Sequence record: PP456877.1
Reading direction: 5' to 3' (one strand)
Length of the DNA stretch: 64,000 nucleotides
The notes under the pieces are model-generated. The model was not told where the DNA came from and ran no database searches. It saw nothing but the letters and a program-made list of their open reading frames with translations. Every line of letters begins with the position of its first letter. Position 1 is the first letter of the stretch. Positions 15,215-24,838 of this stretch are shown here, one piece after another. Made by a program: the position numbers and the translations under genes.

Positions 15215-15556
15215 TTACCCTTTCAGAGTAGCATCCGAATTGAAGACATCGGGACCAACCGAGAGACTTCCCAGAAGATCCGGAGCAAGGTAAACGGAGT
15301 TGAGGGTTTCGTATACACCGGTAACAGTATCTACGTTAACCAGACTAGAACTACGCAGGGGTACCCATTCACCGTTAAGGAAGGTTTCGCCGACCAGTAC
15401 ACGAACACCATCTACGTCAGTGCGGTTCGGCCATAGATCCTTACCTTCTACTATTTCTACGTTACGAGCATGGTAGACTAGTTTACCATTCATGCGAGCA
15501 ACGATATTCGGACGGCGCAAGTCGTCGACTACTTTAATTGCTACGGACTCTTCCAT
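15215..15556 (-). CDS. Hypothetical protein
   Basis: ORF track. Confidence 0.7.
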   Translation of the reverse strand: MEESVAIKVVDDLRRPNIVARMNGKLVYHARNVEIVEGKDLWPNRTDVDGVRVLVGETFLNGEWVPLRSSSLVNVDTVTGVYETLNSVYLAPDLLGSLSVGPDVFNSDATLKG

Positions 15557-15570
15557 TTTTATACCCTTAT

Positions 15571-15921
15571 TTACACTAAATAATTTACAACACGCAGATT
15601 ATCTTCAGAAGAATAGTTCCAAAGAATTTTACCATAGGTAATTCCATCTAACCATATTTCAATATGTTCTTTCTTAAGATCTGGAATACCCTGATTTATT
15701 TCTTCACCAATAATATCTCTATCGGCAGTAAGGTGATATAATGGTGTGCCGTCGCAATCACGTCCATACCCAAAAACATAAAGACGGGCGCCTGAATGTA
15801 CATCTTCTACCAACTCACCAATAGCGATATTATGGTTTTTAGCCAAATTATTCTCACGTACAGTTTTGCCATTTTCTTCAACAAGATCGCAGACGAGGAT
15901 GACTACATTATCTTTAAGCAT
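15571..15921 (-). CDS. Hypothetical protein
   Basis: ORF track. Confidence 0.75.
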   Translation of the reverse strand: MLKDNVVILVCDLVEENGKTVRENNLAKNHNIAIGELVEDVHSGARLYVFGYGRDCDGTPLYHLTADRDIIGEEINQGIPDLKKEHIEIWLDGITYGKILWNYSSEDNLRVVNYLV

Positions 15922-15947
15922 AATTATTCTCCATTTAATAGCGGTGA

Positions 15948-16103
15948 TTATTTGGTAACGAGAATTTCAACGCCATTAGGGGCGATGCGATGACCCAGTA
16001 CAACTTCTTCTTGAGCAGTAGTCTTAGAACCATTGTCATAGTTGGCATTGATGAACAGACCACCGAATACCATACCAACGACAACCAGGGCAATTGCTTT
16101 CAT
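15948..16103 (-). CDS. Small exported/membrane protein missing from track (51 aa)
   Basis: MKAIALVVVGMVFGGLFINA...; AAGGA RBS. Confidence 0.65.
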   Translation of the reverse strand: MKAIALVVVGMVFGGLFINANYDNGSKTTAQEEVVLGHRIAPNGVEILVTK

Positions 16104-16156
16104 GATGATTTCCTTTGATTAGACTGCTTCGAGGTTATTGAGATAAGCTATCGGTA

Positions 16157-16417
16157 TTACATATCGTGCAGATAGGTCTCATCAACGATGGCACGGGCCA
16201 GCTCAATGAGGCTATCTTCATCAACAACAATGTTACCATCTTTCCAAGTAGCACTATGGGACAACCAGTTACGGTAATCTTGACCTCGTACAGGATTGAT
16301 GCATACCTGACGAGTAGCTGCATCACGGTCACCACGGAAACCCATGATAGCACGTGCACGGCGGATTGCTTCTTTCTCCAAGTCTTCGTCAGATTTGAAA
16401 GTCAGGAAAGTTGCCAT
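16157..16417 (-). CDS. Hypothetical early protein
   Basis: First gene after early promoter at 16463. Confidence 0.75.
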   Translation of the reverse strand: MATFLTFKSDEDLEKEAIRRARAIMGFRGDRDAATRQVCINPVRGQDYRNWLSHSATWKDGNIVVDEDSLIELARAIVDETYLHDM

Positions 16418-16452
16418 GGTTTGATTCCTTTTTACTAATTTAATAGGTTTAA

Positions 16453-16492
16453 TTACACTTTTGTAATATACTGTTTAAATAGGTTTGAATGT
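16453..16492 (-). promoter_or_regulatory. phiKZ-type early (virion RNAP) promoter
   Basis: Minus strand TTCAAACCTATTTAAACAGTATATTACAAAAGTG. Confidence 0.85.
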
Positions 16493-16497
16493 ATTTT

Positions 16498-16842
16498 TTA
16501 TTTCCATATCCGACAATAGTCATCTACATGTCGAGTGATTTCAGCAACAGCACGTAGTCGCCTACGACCTGTCAATTTAGAACAATGTTTATTAATTAGT
16601 GAATCAACAGCCTTGCGCAGTTTAACACAACGTTCTTCATTGGGTATATCTTGTTCGATAAACGTGCTGGTTAGTTTTTGAATCTCTACATGTATTTTTT
16701 TACATGCATCTGTAGCAGCTCTTTCTTCACTTAACTTGTCATATGCCTCTACTAATTTAATTATAGCAGTGGTAACAGTGGTGGCGGTTACAAGAATTTG
16801 AATACCATTGATAAAGTTCTTATTAAACATTATAAACTCCAA
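16498..16842 (-). CDS. Membrane-anchored helical protein
   Basis: ORF track; N-terminal hydrophobic stretch. Confidence 0.7.
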   Translation of the reverse strand: MEFIMFNKNFINGIQILVTATTVTTAIIKLVEAYDKLSEERAATDACKKIHVEIQKLTSTFIEQDIPNEERCVKLRKAVDSLINKHCSKLTGRRRLRAVAEITRHVDDYCRIWK

Positions 16843-16908
16843 TTACTATATTAAAAAAATATGTGCGTATTAATAATAAAGCCCTCCCCGAAGGGAGGGT
16901 GTATTTCA

Positions 16909-17118
16909 TTAGGCGGAACCATACATTCTTTCAAAGTTGTTTACATCACAACCTGAGTAGTGTGTTGCTGAACCACCTGAGTTATTATCTATAATCTTGA
17001 CTATCACCTCATCAGATTCGACATAAACGTGCATCGTATCACGAATGGAACAAACATGATCGCCCCGAGAACGTATAAATGCAGATACAGCTTCACTACT
17101 AATCTTTTGCTCAGTCAT
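16909..17118 (-). CDS. Hypothetical protein
   Basis: ORF track. Confidence 0.7.
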   Translation of the reverse strand: MTEQKISSEAVSAFIRSRGDHVCSIRDTMHVYVESDEVIVKIIDNNSGGSATHYSGCDVNNFERMYGSA

Positions 17119-17120
17119 TA

Positions 17121-17378
17121 TTATTTACTCGATTTATTCCAGTTAAAATTATCTTTTGCATTTTTAGTGAAGAACCCGTCACCCCAACCAAACGAGTATC
17201 TAAAGTCCTTGACTACACCAGCATCTGAATCGATAACTTTATATTCGATGACTTTATCGCTATTTTCCAGAATGACTAAGATTGCGATAAGATCTTTAGG
17301 ATTACCTACAGTCAGTTCATGTCTTTCAGACTCGTCTCTGTGGATAACTATATACATGGTATTTAATTCTCCATTCAT
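17121..17378 (-). CDS. Hypothetical protein
   Basis: ORF track; ATGA overlap. Confidence 0.7.
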   Translation of the reverse strand: MNGELNTMYIVIHRDESERHELTVGNPKDLIAILVILENSDKVIEYKVIDSDAGVVKDFRYSFGWGDGFFTKNAKDNFNWNKSSK

Positions 17379-17890
17379 TCCCAGCTAGTTACAGGGAGTT
17401 CGAAGGTTTCACACAAGTCGAGTACCTTCCGATGTTCTAGGTTATTTTCAGGATAGAAGGTAATAAGTGTAGTCGGACTACCCCAATTAACACGACATCC
17501 AGTTTCTTTATGGATTTCACCAAGTGCAACATACGCACCTGCCCCATCTGCATAACCCATTTGATTAGGGTTAATGCAGATTTGAGTAAAGCGCTCCACC
17601 AATACTCGATTAATAGTGACGGTCAAGAGACGAACGAACTCACGGGTCTTTTCGATATCATCTACCCAGAATTCCAGAAGGATCCATTTCCCATGAGGGT
17701 TATCATGTCCACCCTGGAAGAATACACTGAAACCTTCTTTTGCTTTATAAAACTCGTGATTGGTGATGTTGCATTCAACCATTTGTTTCACTGCATGCCA
17801 TACACGCTCGGTGACATAATCACCATAAAGTTCGATGCAGTGACCACGGCCAGGAAATTGTTCTTTTTTAGCAAATTTAATTTCGAACAT
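17375..17890 (-). CDS. Hypothetical early protein
   Basis: Follows early promoter at 17937. Confidence 0.75.
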   Translation of the reverse strand: MFEIKFAKKEQFPGRGHCIELYGDYVTERVWHAVKQMVECNITNHEFYKAKEGFSVFFQGGHDNPHGKWILLEFWVDDIEKTREFVRLLTVTINRVLVERFTQICINPNQMGYADGAGAYVALGEIHKETGCRVNWGSPTTLITFYPENNLEHRKVLDLCETFELPVTSWE

Positions 17891-17929
17891 GGTATAGATT
17901 CCTTTTTACATTAATTAAAGGTTTAATAT

Positions 17930-17967
17930 CAAGTTTGTAATATACGCTTTAAAATGGTTTGAATGTA
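17930..17967 (-). promoter_or_regulatory. Early promoter
   Basis: TATATTAC core with upstream TTCAAACCATTTTAAA. Confidence 0.85.
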
Positions 17968-17984
17968 TTATCAGTAGGGAAGGG

Positions 17985-18389
17985 TTACCCTTTTAACTTT
18001 TTAATACTATTGGATAAGTACATGACACTACGGAAAATTTTGAATCTTGAAAAGTATTCACGTACTTCTTTTTTAGTCAATACAAGTCTTCCATCTTTGT
18101 TTACATTATCACCAAAGACAATTTCCTGAGTATTTTTCCATAAAGATCTATAAAGATAACATCCGTGTGGTGCATCATACCAATCATAGATCTTAAGTTC
18201 AAATTCAACTTTGTCGACAATATCGTTATCAAATAAAATAATATTTCCTTTACTATTTAATTCCATTAACTCATTTGCACAACTTATTGCAAACTCAACC
18301 GCTGCCCAGGTCCTACTACCACTGAACATATCTTTATTTAATTTACTTAGATCGATAGCATTATAAGTTGTTTTCTTAGGTTTCTTCAT
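17985..18389 (-). CDS. Hypothetical early protein
   Basis: Follows early promoter at 18442. Confidence 0.75.
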   Translation of the reverse strand: MKKPKKTTYNAIDLSKLNKDMFSGSRTWAAVEFAISCANELMELNSKGNIILFDNDIVDKVEFELKIYDWYDAPHGCYLYRSLWKNTQEIVFGDNVNKDGRLVLTKKEVREYFSRFKIFRSVMYLSNSIKKLKG

Positions 18390-18431
18390 GGACTGTACTC
18401 TCCAATAATAAATAGAATAATCTATATTTAA

Positions 18432-18470
18432 TTACACTTTTGTAATATACCCTTTAAATAGGTTTGAATA
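18432..18470 (-). promoter_or_regulatory. Early promoter
   Basis: TATTCAAACCTATTTAAAGGGTATATTACAAAAGTG. Confidence 0.85.
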
Positions 18471-18506
18471 CATGACATAAAGCCTTCCCATTAGGGAAGG
18501 CTATTA

Positions 18507-19031
18507 TTATGTTTTAATCCAACGTGTATATTTACACAAATCTGTTTCTTTAATAATGGTTGATTTCCATTTATCCCATTTAATGATTTCTTTAGGGAAA
18601 TAAACACAACTACTATTATCGATTTCCATCTTGACAGTAGTAATGTACATTTCGTCTAAAATATCCTTTTTAATGGCTTCTTTATAAAGTTGAGAACCAC
18701 CAATGGCCCATACATCCTTTTTAGTTTCTTTACTAAAATGATCAGCATATACAAGAGCCGCATCTAGATTAGGGAGTACACCTAATTTATTATCACAGGA
18801 TACTGGGTAATTACCGTTACGATATAAACTTGATGATACAACAATGTTATTACGATTAGGTAACGGTTTACTACCTAAGGATAAGAAAGTATTTTTACCC
18901 ATGATAACACAGCAACCAGTTGTCATTTCTTTAAAGAAAGCTAAATCCTCAGGTATATGCCAAGGTAATAGATTATTATATCCAATGACACCATTTAGGT
19001 CATGGGCAACGATTAATTTAATAGCCATCAA
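18507..19031 (-). CDS. dfr: Dihydrofolate reductase
   Basis: LIVAHDLNGVIG, LPWHIPEDLAFFK, IMGKNT, LPNRNNIVVS, IGGSQLY. Confidence 0.96.
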   Translation of the reverse strand: MMAIKLIVAHDLNGVIGYNNLLPWHIPEDLAFFKEMTTGCCVIMGKNTFLSLGSKPLPNRNNIVVSSSLYRNGNYPVSCDNKLGVLPNLDAALVYADHFSKETKKDVWAIGGSQLYKEAIKKDILDEMYITTVKMEIDNSSCVYFPKEIIKWDKWKSTIIKETDLCKYTRWIKT

Positions 19032-19534
19032 TTTTCCTTAGGCCAGAATTTACAAGATACTTCATTATCTTTAAATTCAATAGCCCAACTACAGCAAGTG
19101 AAATTAGTTTTAAACTTAAATGTAGACGCTAATAGGTAATTAATTTGAGCCATTTGTAATAGCGTTAATTCACCATATACTTTCTCATCAATTAATACAC
19201 CAGGTCTTTTATGTTTAATAACTAATTCATTCAACTTAATATCTTGTTCAATATAGAGGTATTCCACTTCGCCTTTTTCTAGTATGGGCATGTCCCAAAG
19301 AATCAGACTAATCTGCTGTGTGAATTCCTCAATATTAGTTGTAATATCTAGTCCTTCATAACCTATCAATAGATTTATAAGTACTTGTAGGCTAATCAGA
19401 TTAACAGGTAAGTCTTTTAAATCGTCTTCTTTAATAGTTGTTCTAAAATAAACAGTGCCATCTAAGTTTTTAACTAATAATCTATTTAATAGATGATTGA
19501 CTTCTGATTTAATCTGATAATCCAGTTTGATCAT
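19028..19534 (-). CDS. Hypothetical protein
   Basis: ORF track; overlaps DHFR start. Confidence 0.7.
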   Translation of the reverse strand: MIKLDYQIKSEVNHLLNRLLVKNLDGTVYFRTTIKEDDLKDLPVNLISLQVLINLLIGYEGLDITTNIEEFTQQISLILWDMPILEKGEVEYLYIEQDIKLNELVIKHKRPGVLIDEKVYGELTLLQMAQINYLLASTFKFKTNFTCCSWAIEFKDNEVSCKFWPKEN

Positions 19535-20093
19535 TAGCTAACTCCTTGAGTCTAGTCATGCCATTACTAACTTCAATAATGTAACTAAAGTCAAAACTAT
19601 ATTTCATCATTTTGAATTCTTCTTTAAAGTTAGCGATATTTCCAGACAGAGCAATTTGTTCAAATCGACTAAAATCAGTAATAGTTTCATCGAACATTAG
19701 TTCTCTTGCGGTAATATCTGGATCATAGTTAGGATGATCAATTACAGTACCTTCGTGATTTAAAGTACCTTGAAAATTCAAAGTCTTTTTAACATGGTCT
19801 ACAGTTATTTTCCAACTAGTTGCAATATACCGAGCTTTAACTAAATTAGGAGCATACCTGTAAATACACCATTGTAATGGAGTGCCAACAGTTTGCGTAT
19901 CATGCGTGGCTTTTATAACTTTAATAAAATTCTCAAGTTGATCAAATGTAACATTCCTAGTTACACCATCATTAGTGGTTATATTAAGAGATGGTCGAAG
20001 ACCAGTACCAAGATCATTGGTGATGATTATATCCTCAACTAAAGCTTCATATAACTTTAGTCCTTCTTTTCTGGATCCAACATCATTACCCAT
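19509..20093 (-). CDS. Hypothetical protein
   Basis: ORF track. Confidence 0.7.
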   Translation of the reverse strand: MGNDVGSRKEGLKLYEALVEDIIITNDLGTGLRPSLNITTNDGVTRNVTFDQLENFIKVIKATHDTQTVGTPLQWCIYRYAPNLVKARYIATSWKITVDHVKKTLNFQGTLNHEGTVIDHPNYDPDITARELMFDETITDFSRFEQIALSGNIANFKEEFKMMKYSFDFSYIIEVSNGMTRLKELANDQTGLSD

Positions 20094-20446
20094 TGTTTAG
20101 CTTCCTCTTTTGTTACCAGTTGATAAAGTTTATTAAATTCACGTTGACGCATTAATTTGTAATCTAGTATACGCCCATTATTTTTACGAATTAAAATAAT
20201 AAAATCACCCGGACAGACAATTTTATCTTTATCTGGGCCTACACGTAAAATACCATGACTAGATTCAGTTAGATTACATAATGGGCAAATCGCATTACTA
20301 AGAGTAGACTCTTTAGTAGGTATAGCATAACCAACAATAGCACCTTGGTTGATATTATTGATAACGCCATCACCAGGTATATCACCGTTCTTTTTCCATT
20401 CGATTGCTTCAATTGGATCGGTGTATTTCGGTAGATAAAAAGACAT
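20057..20446 (-). CDS. Hypothetical protein with CxxC...H (possible Zn site)
   Basis: ICPLCNLTESSH; GGAG RBS. Confidence 0.7.
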   Translation of the reverse strand: MSFYLPKYTDPIEAIEWKKNGDIPGDGVINNINQGAIVGYAIPTKESTLSNAICPLCNLTESSHGILRVGPDKDKIVCPGDFIILIRKNNGRILDYKLMRQREFNKLYQLVTKEEAKQWVMMLDPEKKD

Positions 20447-20790
20447 TCTTAATTAACTCCGATAAATAATAGTAGTATAGTAAAAAGCACTTAGGTATAT
20501 TTCTATTTTAAGCTATATTGTTGATAAAATAAAACCTAAGGGTACATAGTGGGTTATTATTTAAAGCTCTTAAATAGCATGGTAGAACGATATTGGACTA
20601 TATAGCTGTAACCCTTAAGGCACTAAGGCTACAGAGGTTTTTAAGATAAAGATATCCAATGTACCATAATATGCTTTTACAATAGATCAACTAAATTCAT
20701 TTAAAATGGGTCGTAAAAATACTTAGTTGATCTAAAGATATGTTGAATACTTTTTCACATGAACTTACGACTCACAATTGGAAATTAACA

Positions 20791-23079
20791 ATGTTAAAAA
20801 CTATCATTAAACTAGACGGTACTGAAGAAGCATACTCACCTGCTAAGATTAATGGTTGGGGTGAATGGGCAGCCCAACATCTTGGCGATAAGGTGGATTG
20901 GAGTAGTGTTGTGATGGATGCTGTTCAAGCTCTTGGTGATAAAACTTCATCACAAGAACTACAATTACAACTTATTGAAGAATGTTTAAATCGTAAGACA
21001 TGGTCTTATTATCTAATGGCTGGTAGACTATATGCGATTTATCTTCGTAAGAAGTTCTATGGTCTAAATGGCATCCCAACTGTTAAAGCGCTTCAAACCA
21101 GGATGCGTAAAGATGGTATCATTGTTAAATTAGATTATAGTAGTAAAGAATACGCTCAGATTGAAAAGATCATTGATCACGATCTTGACCTACTTTGTCC
21201 GCATTTTTCACTTCATCACATTCGTGGAAAGTATGCTCTACGTAATCGTAAAACTGGTCAAGAATATGAGACTGCCCAGTTTGTATATATGCGAATGGCA
21301 ATGGCTCTAGCTGAAAAAGAGCCAGCTGAAACTCGCATGACTCATGTGGAGAATTACTATAAACTACTTTCTAATAAAATTCTTAGTGCGCCAACACCTA
21401 ACTACGTTAACCTAGGTACTAAGCTTCGTGGTTTTGCATCATGTTGCCTATTTGCTTCTGGTGATAATGGTGTATCACTGGCAATGGGTGATTATATTGC
21501 TAACATCATGACCCAATCATCAGCAGGCATTGGTGTTAACTTAATGACTAGGTCAATTGGTGATCCTATCCGTAATGGCCTAATCATTCACCAAGGTAAG
21601 AAACCATACATCGATGTAATTGGTAAAGCAGTAAGGGCTAACCTACAAAATGGTCGAGGTGGTGCTGTTACGTGTTACTACAGTGCTTTCGATCCTGAAG
21701 CAGATATGATTACTCAGCTACGTAATCCACGTTCTACTGAGGATAGGAAGAACCGTGATCTTCACTATGCATTCCTAAGTAATAAGTTCTTTGCTAAGAA
21801 AGCGGCTCAGAAAGATGGCATGATCTTTGTATTCAATCCATTTACTGCTCCAGATCTACATGATGCTTTCTATAGTGGTGATATTGATAAGTTTATTAAG
21901 CTTTATGAAAAATATGAAGCGGATCCTAAATTTGAGAAAACTTATGTAAATGCTCGGGATCTTCTCAAATCAATGCTAGTTGAAGCATATGAGACTGGAA
22001 CCATCTATTCAGCTCAAATTGATGAACTCAATCATCATACACCATTTAAAGAACCTATTTACAGTTCTAACCTATGCCTTGAAATCGCAGAACCCACTAA
22101 GCCTTACTATCGAATGGAAGATCTTTATTCTAGTGAGGATCACGGGCGCGGTGAGATTGCTACTTGTTCACTGGCTGCTATTGCAGTGGATAACGTTCCT
22201 GATAAGCAAACTTATGAAATGGCGGCTTACTACGCACTTAAGATGATTGACTATTGTATCCTTAATGCAGAGTATGCTTTCCCACACCTTGCACTAACCG
22301 CTAAGAATCGAATGAGTGCTGGTGTTGGTATCATGGGTCTAGCCACACATATGGCACGTGCTGGCCTTAAATATAGCAGCGATGCTGGTAAAGCTGAAAT
22401 CCACTTCATTGCTGAACGGCATATGTACTTCCTTATCAAGGCGTCACTTAAGATTTCTAAAGAACGCGGGAATGCGCCTTGGATTCATAAGACTAAATGG
22501 CCAGAGGGATGGACTCCACGTAAGACTTATAATAAGTCAGTGGATACTATCATTGAAGGTGGCTTTGAAGAACTTTATCCATGGGATGAGCTAGAGAAAG
22601 AAATTAAGGAGAATGGTGGTATTGCACACTCCGTACTAGCTGCATACATGCCTGGTGAAGCATCATCTAAGGCACTAGGGTCAACTAATGGTCCATACCC
22701 GGTACGTCGCCTAATTCTTAATAAGACTGATAATGGTGCACGTGTGCTATGGGCTGCTCCATATGGAGATGATGACTCCTATGTGTATGAATCAGCTTAT
22801 GATATCCCCACTAAAGATCTTATTGATTGCTATGCCATTATTCAAAAGTGGACTGATCAAACAATCAGTGCGGACCTCTACCGACGCATTGTAGGTTCTG
22901 AAAAGATCTCTTCTAATGAAATGCTAGGTAATCACTTCTACATGGTGAAACGTGGAATGAAAACCCGGTATTATGTAAATCTAGAAACAGCAGCAGGACT
23001 TGATATTAAATCACTTGAACGTGCTGTTGAGGTAACTAATACTGAAGTTGGGTGTGCAGGCGGTTCGTGCACTCTTTAA
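20791..23079 (+). CDS. nrdA: Ribonucleotide reductase class Ia alpha subunit
   Basis: ATP-cone-like MLKTIIKLDG start, FASCCL, SNLCLEI, C-terminal CAGGSC; uninterrupted. Confidence 0.96.
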   Translation: MLKTIIKLDGTEEAYSPAKINGWGEWAAQHLGDKVDWSSVVMDAVQALGDKTSSQELQLQLIEECLNRKTWSYYLMAGRLYAIYLRKKFYGLNGIPTVKALQTRMRKDGIIVKLDYSSKEYAQIEKIIDHDLDLLCPHFSLHHIRGKYALRNRKTGQEYETAQFVYMRMAMALAEKEPAETRMTHVENYYKLLSNKILSAPTPNYVNLGTKLRGFASCCLFASGDNGVSLAMGDYIANIMTQSSAGIGVNLMTRSIGDPIRNGLIIHQGKKPYIDVIGKAVRANLQNGRGGAVTCYYSAFDPEADMITQLRNPRSTEDRKNRDLHYAFLSNKFFAKKAAQKDGMIFVFNPFTAPDLHDAFYSGDIDKFIKLYEKYEADPKFEKTYVNARDLLKSMLVEAYETGTIYSAQIDELNHHTPFKEPIYSSNLCLEIAEPTKPYYRMEDLYSSEDHGRGEIATCSLAAIAVDNVPDKQTYEMAAYYALKMIDYCILNAEYAFPHLALTAKNRMSAGVGIMGLATHMARAGLKYSSDAGKAEIHFIAERHMYFLIKASLKISKERGNAPWIHKTKWPEGWTPRKTYNKSVDTIIEGGFEELYPWDELEKEIKENGGIAHSVLAAYMPGEASSKALGSTNGPYPVRRLILNKTDNGARVLWAAPYGDDDSYVYESAYDIPTKDLIDCYAIIQKWTDQTISADLYRRIVGSEKISSNEMLGNHFYMVKRGMKTRYYVNLETAAGLDIKSLERAVEVTNTEVGCAGGSCTL

Positions 23080-23087
23080 GTGTATAC

Positions 23088-23113
23088 ACCCTCCCTTAAT
23101 TGGGAGGGTGTTA
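23088..23113 (+). terminator. Intrinsic terminator
   Basis: ACACCCTCCC-ttaatt-GGGAGGGTGT. Confidence 0.75.
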
Positions 23114-23179
23114 TTCCCAATTTATACTAACCTCTATTATTTATTGTAAGAAATATTTTTAAATTGTAAAGGAACTGAT

Positions 23180-24343
23180 ATGTCTACTAAATCTCAACTA
23201 CCAAAGAAAATCTTCAATGTTGCTAAGAGTGATTATCATCTACCGGAAATTATTCTTGGAGATGATCCAGGTCTACTAGATTCAATCCACACTCATTATC
23301 CTAAAATGTGGGAGCTATATAAGCGTCTAAAGATGCTTGATTGGGATGAGCTAGAATTTGACTTTTCCACTTGTCTAGTAGAATTTGAAACGTGTGATAA
23401 ATCAACTTATGACATGATGATTAAGACACTGGCCTGGCAATGGGAAGCTGACTCTGTAGCCAGTCGTTCCATTGTTAATATTCTATCACCTGTCATGACA
23501 GATTCACGAGTATGGGCGGGATATGTACGTATTAATGATAATGAAGACGTACATGCTTTAACTTATTCTGAAATTGTACGTAATAGCTTTAAAGATCCTA
23601 AAGTTATTCTAGACGAAATTCTTAGGGTAGAAGAAGCACAAGAACGAATGGTTGCAGTAGCCCGCACTATGGGTGAAGCACATGACGCAGTTCATGCGTA
23701 TGCTCTTAATCAGGTACCCAATGATCAAGAACTTTACAATAAAGTATTCATGTTCTTCATCGCTCTATATTTCCTAGAACGTATCCAGTTCATGGCATCC
23801 TTTGCAGTAACCTTTGCTATTGGTCGTACTGGTGCATTCCAGCAAATTGCAGCCGCTGTTAAGAAAATTGCCCAAGACGAATTCGAAATCCATGCACAAT
23901 ATGGACAAGAAGTTATTCGTGCACTACTGGCAACTGAACGCGGTAAACTCGCTTACAGTCAATGTAAAGATAAAATCATTGAACTACTATGGGAAATTGT
24001 AAAGACTGAAGTTACCTGGATTAATTATCTATTCTCTGAAGGTCGTGAACTAACTGGTGTTAATGCGACTAAACTTATTAACTGGGTACTTTTCAATGCT
24101 AATGCCGCAGCAACATTCCTAAGTATTGAAAATGATGTTGTAGAACAGTATCAAGTGGAGTTTAAAGAATCAGCTGGATTTGATTTTGTTTGGCCAGAGA
24201 AGAACCCACTTCTTTATATGGAAGACTACCTAGATATTTCATCAACCCAAGCATCTCCTCAGGAAGAAGAGAAGCCTGATTACATGGTCAACGTTGTAAA
24301 TGATGTTGGTGAAGAAGAAGAATTTGAGGTTGACTTCTTATGA
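23180..24343 (+). CDS. nrdB: Ribonucleotide reductase class I beta subunit
   Basis: Diiron ExxH motifs (NEDVH, DEFEIH), FLERIQFMASF, C-terminal PDY tyrosine. Confidence 0.95.
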   Translation: MSTKSQLPKKIFNVAKSDYHLPEIILGDDPGLLDSIHTHYPKMWELYKRLKMLDWDELEFDFSTCLVEFETCDKSTYDMMIKTLAWQWEADSVASRSIVNILSPVMTDSRVWAGYVRINDNEDVHALTYSEIVRNSFKDPKVILDEILRVEEAQERMVAVARTMGEAHDAVHAYALNQVPNDQELYNKVFMFFIALYFLERIQFMASFAVTFAIGRTGAFQQIAAAVKKIAQDEFEIHAQYGQEVIRALLATERGKLAYSQCKDKIIELLWEIVKTEVTWINYLFSEGRELTGVNATKLINWVLFNANAAATFLSIENDVVEQYQVEFKESAGFDFVWPEKNPLLYMEDYLDISSTQASPQEEEKPDYMVNVVNDVGEEEEFEVDFL

Positions 24344-24753
24344 TTAAGATTATCGCATTCGTAGTTTTAATGTGGTCCACTGTCCTATTTGCAGCAACTG
24401 AAGTAAAATCAACTACAGATGGTATTATTGCACATTCAGAATGTCAGCTAGTTGCTAAAGATAGTAGTGTTGTCGGCACTACTGTTGGAGGTGCGGTTGG
24501 AGCCACCGCAGGCGCTGTATTAGGTCGAGCAATCTTTGGTAAATCTGGAGGTTGGGTAGGTGGTTTAATCGGTGGTGCCGCAGGCGGCGCAGTCGGTAAT
24601 AATGTTAGTGCTACTGAAACATTTCAATGTAAACTGATTGTTAATACAGATGGCAAGCAGTACATGGTTCAAACAGTTACCAATGAAAAACCAAAGGTTG
24701 GTGATAAAGTCACTGTTGTTGAAATGAATGATGGTACACGAGATATAATGTAG
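24340..24753 (+). CDS. Exported glycine-zipper protein
   Basis: Signal peptide; GGAVGATAGAVLG...GGLIGGAAGGAVG; SlyB/YcfJ-like. Confidence 0.8.
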   Translation: MIKIIAFVVLMWSTVLFAATEVKSTTDGIIAHSECQLVAKDSSVVGTTVGGAVGATAGAVLGRAIFGKSGGWVGGLIGGAAGGAVGNNVSATETFQCKLIVNTDGKQYMVQTVTNEKPKVGDKVTVVEMNDGTRDIM

Positions 24754-24838
24754 ACATAATGACCCTCCCTTAATTGGGAGGGTTTATGCTAACAATTCTA
24801 TAGCACTCTTATTAACAGTCATCAACGAGAGAGTAGAC

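Noticed and set aside
8491-17914. Long plus-strand ORFs (e.g. 8491, 9193, 10057, 11768, 13314, 14946, 17029, 17510)
   Set aside because: Antisense shadows of minus-strand genes in a GC-richer block with fewer stops; no RBS or promoter support.
20740-24343. Introns, inteins or homing endonucleases in nrdA/nrdB (and terL)
   Set aside because: All are continuous ORFs of normal length. The 17-codon extension upstream of nrdA 20791 lacks an RBS and overlaps a TATG promoter motif.
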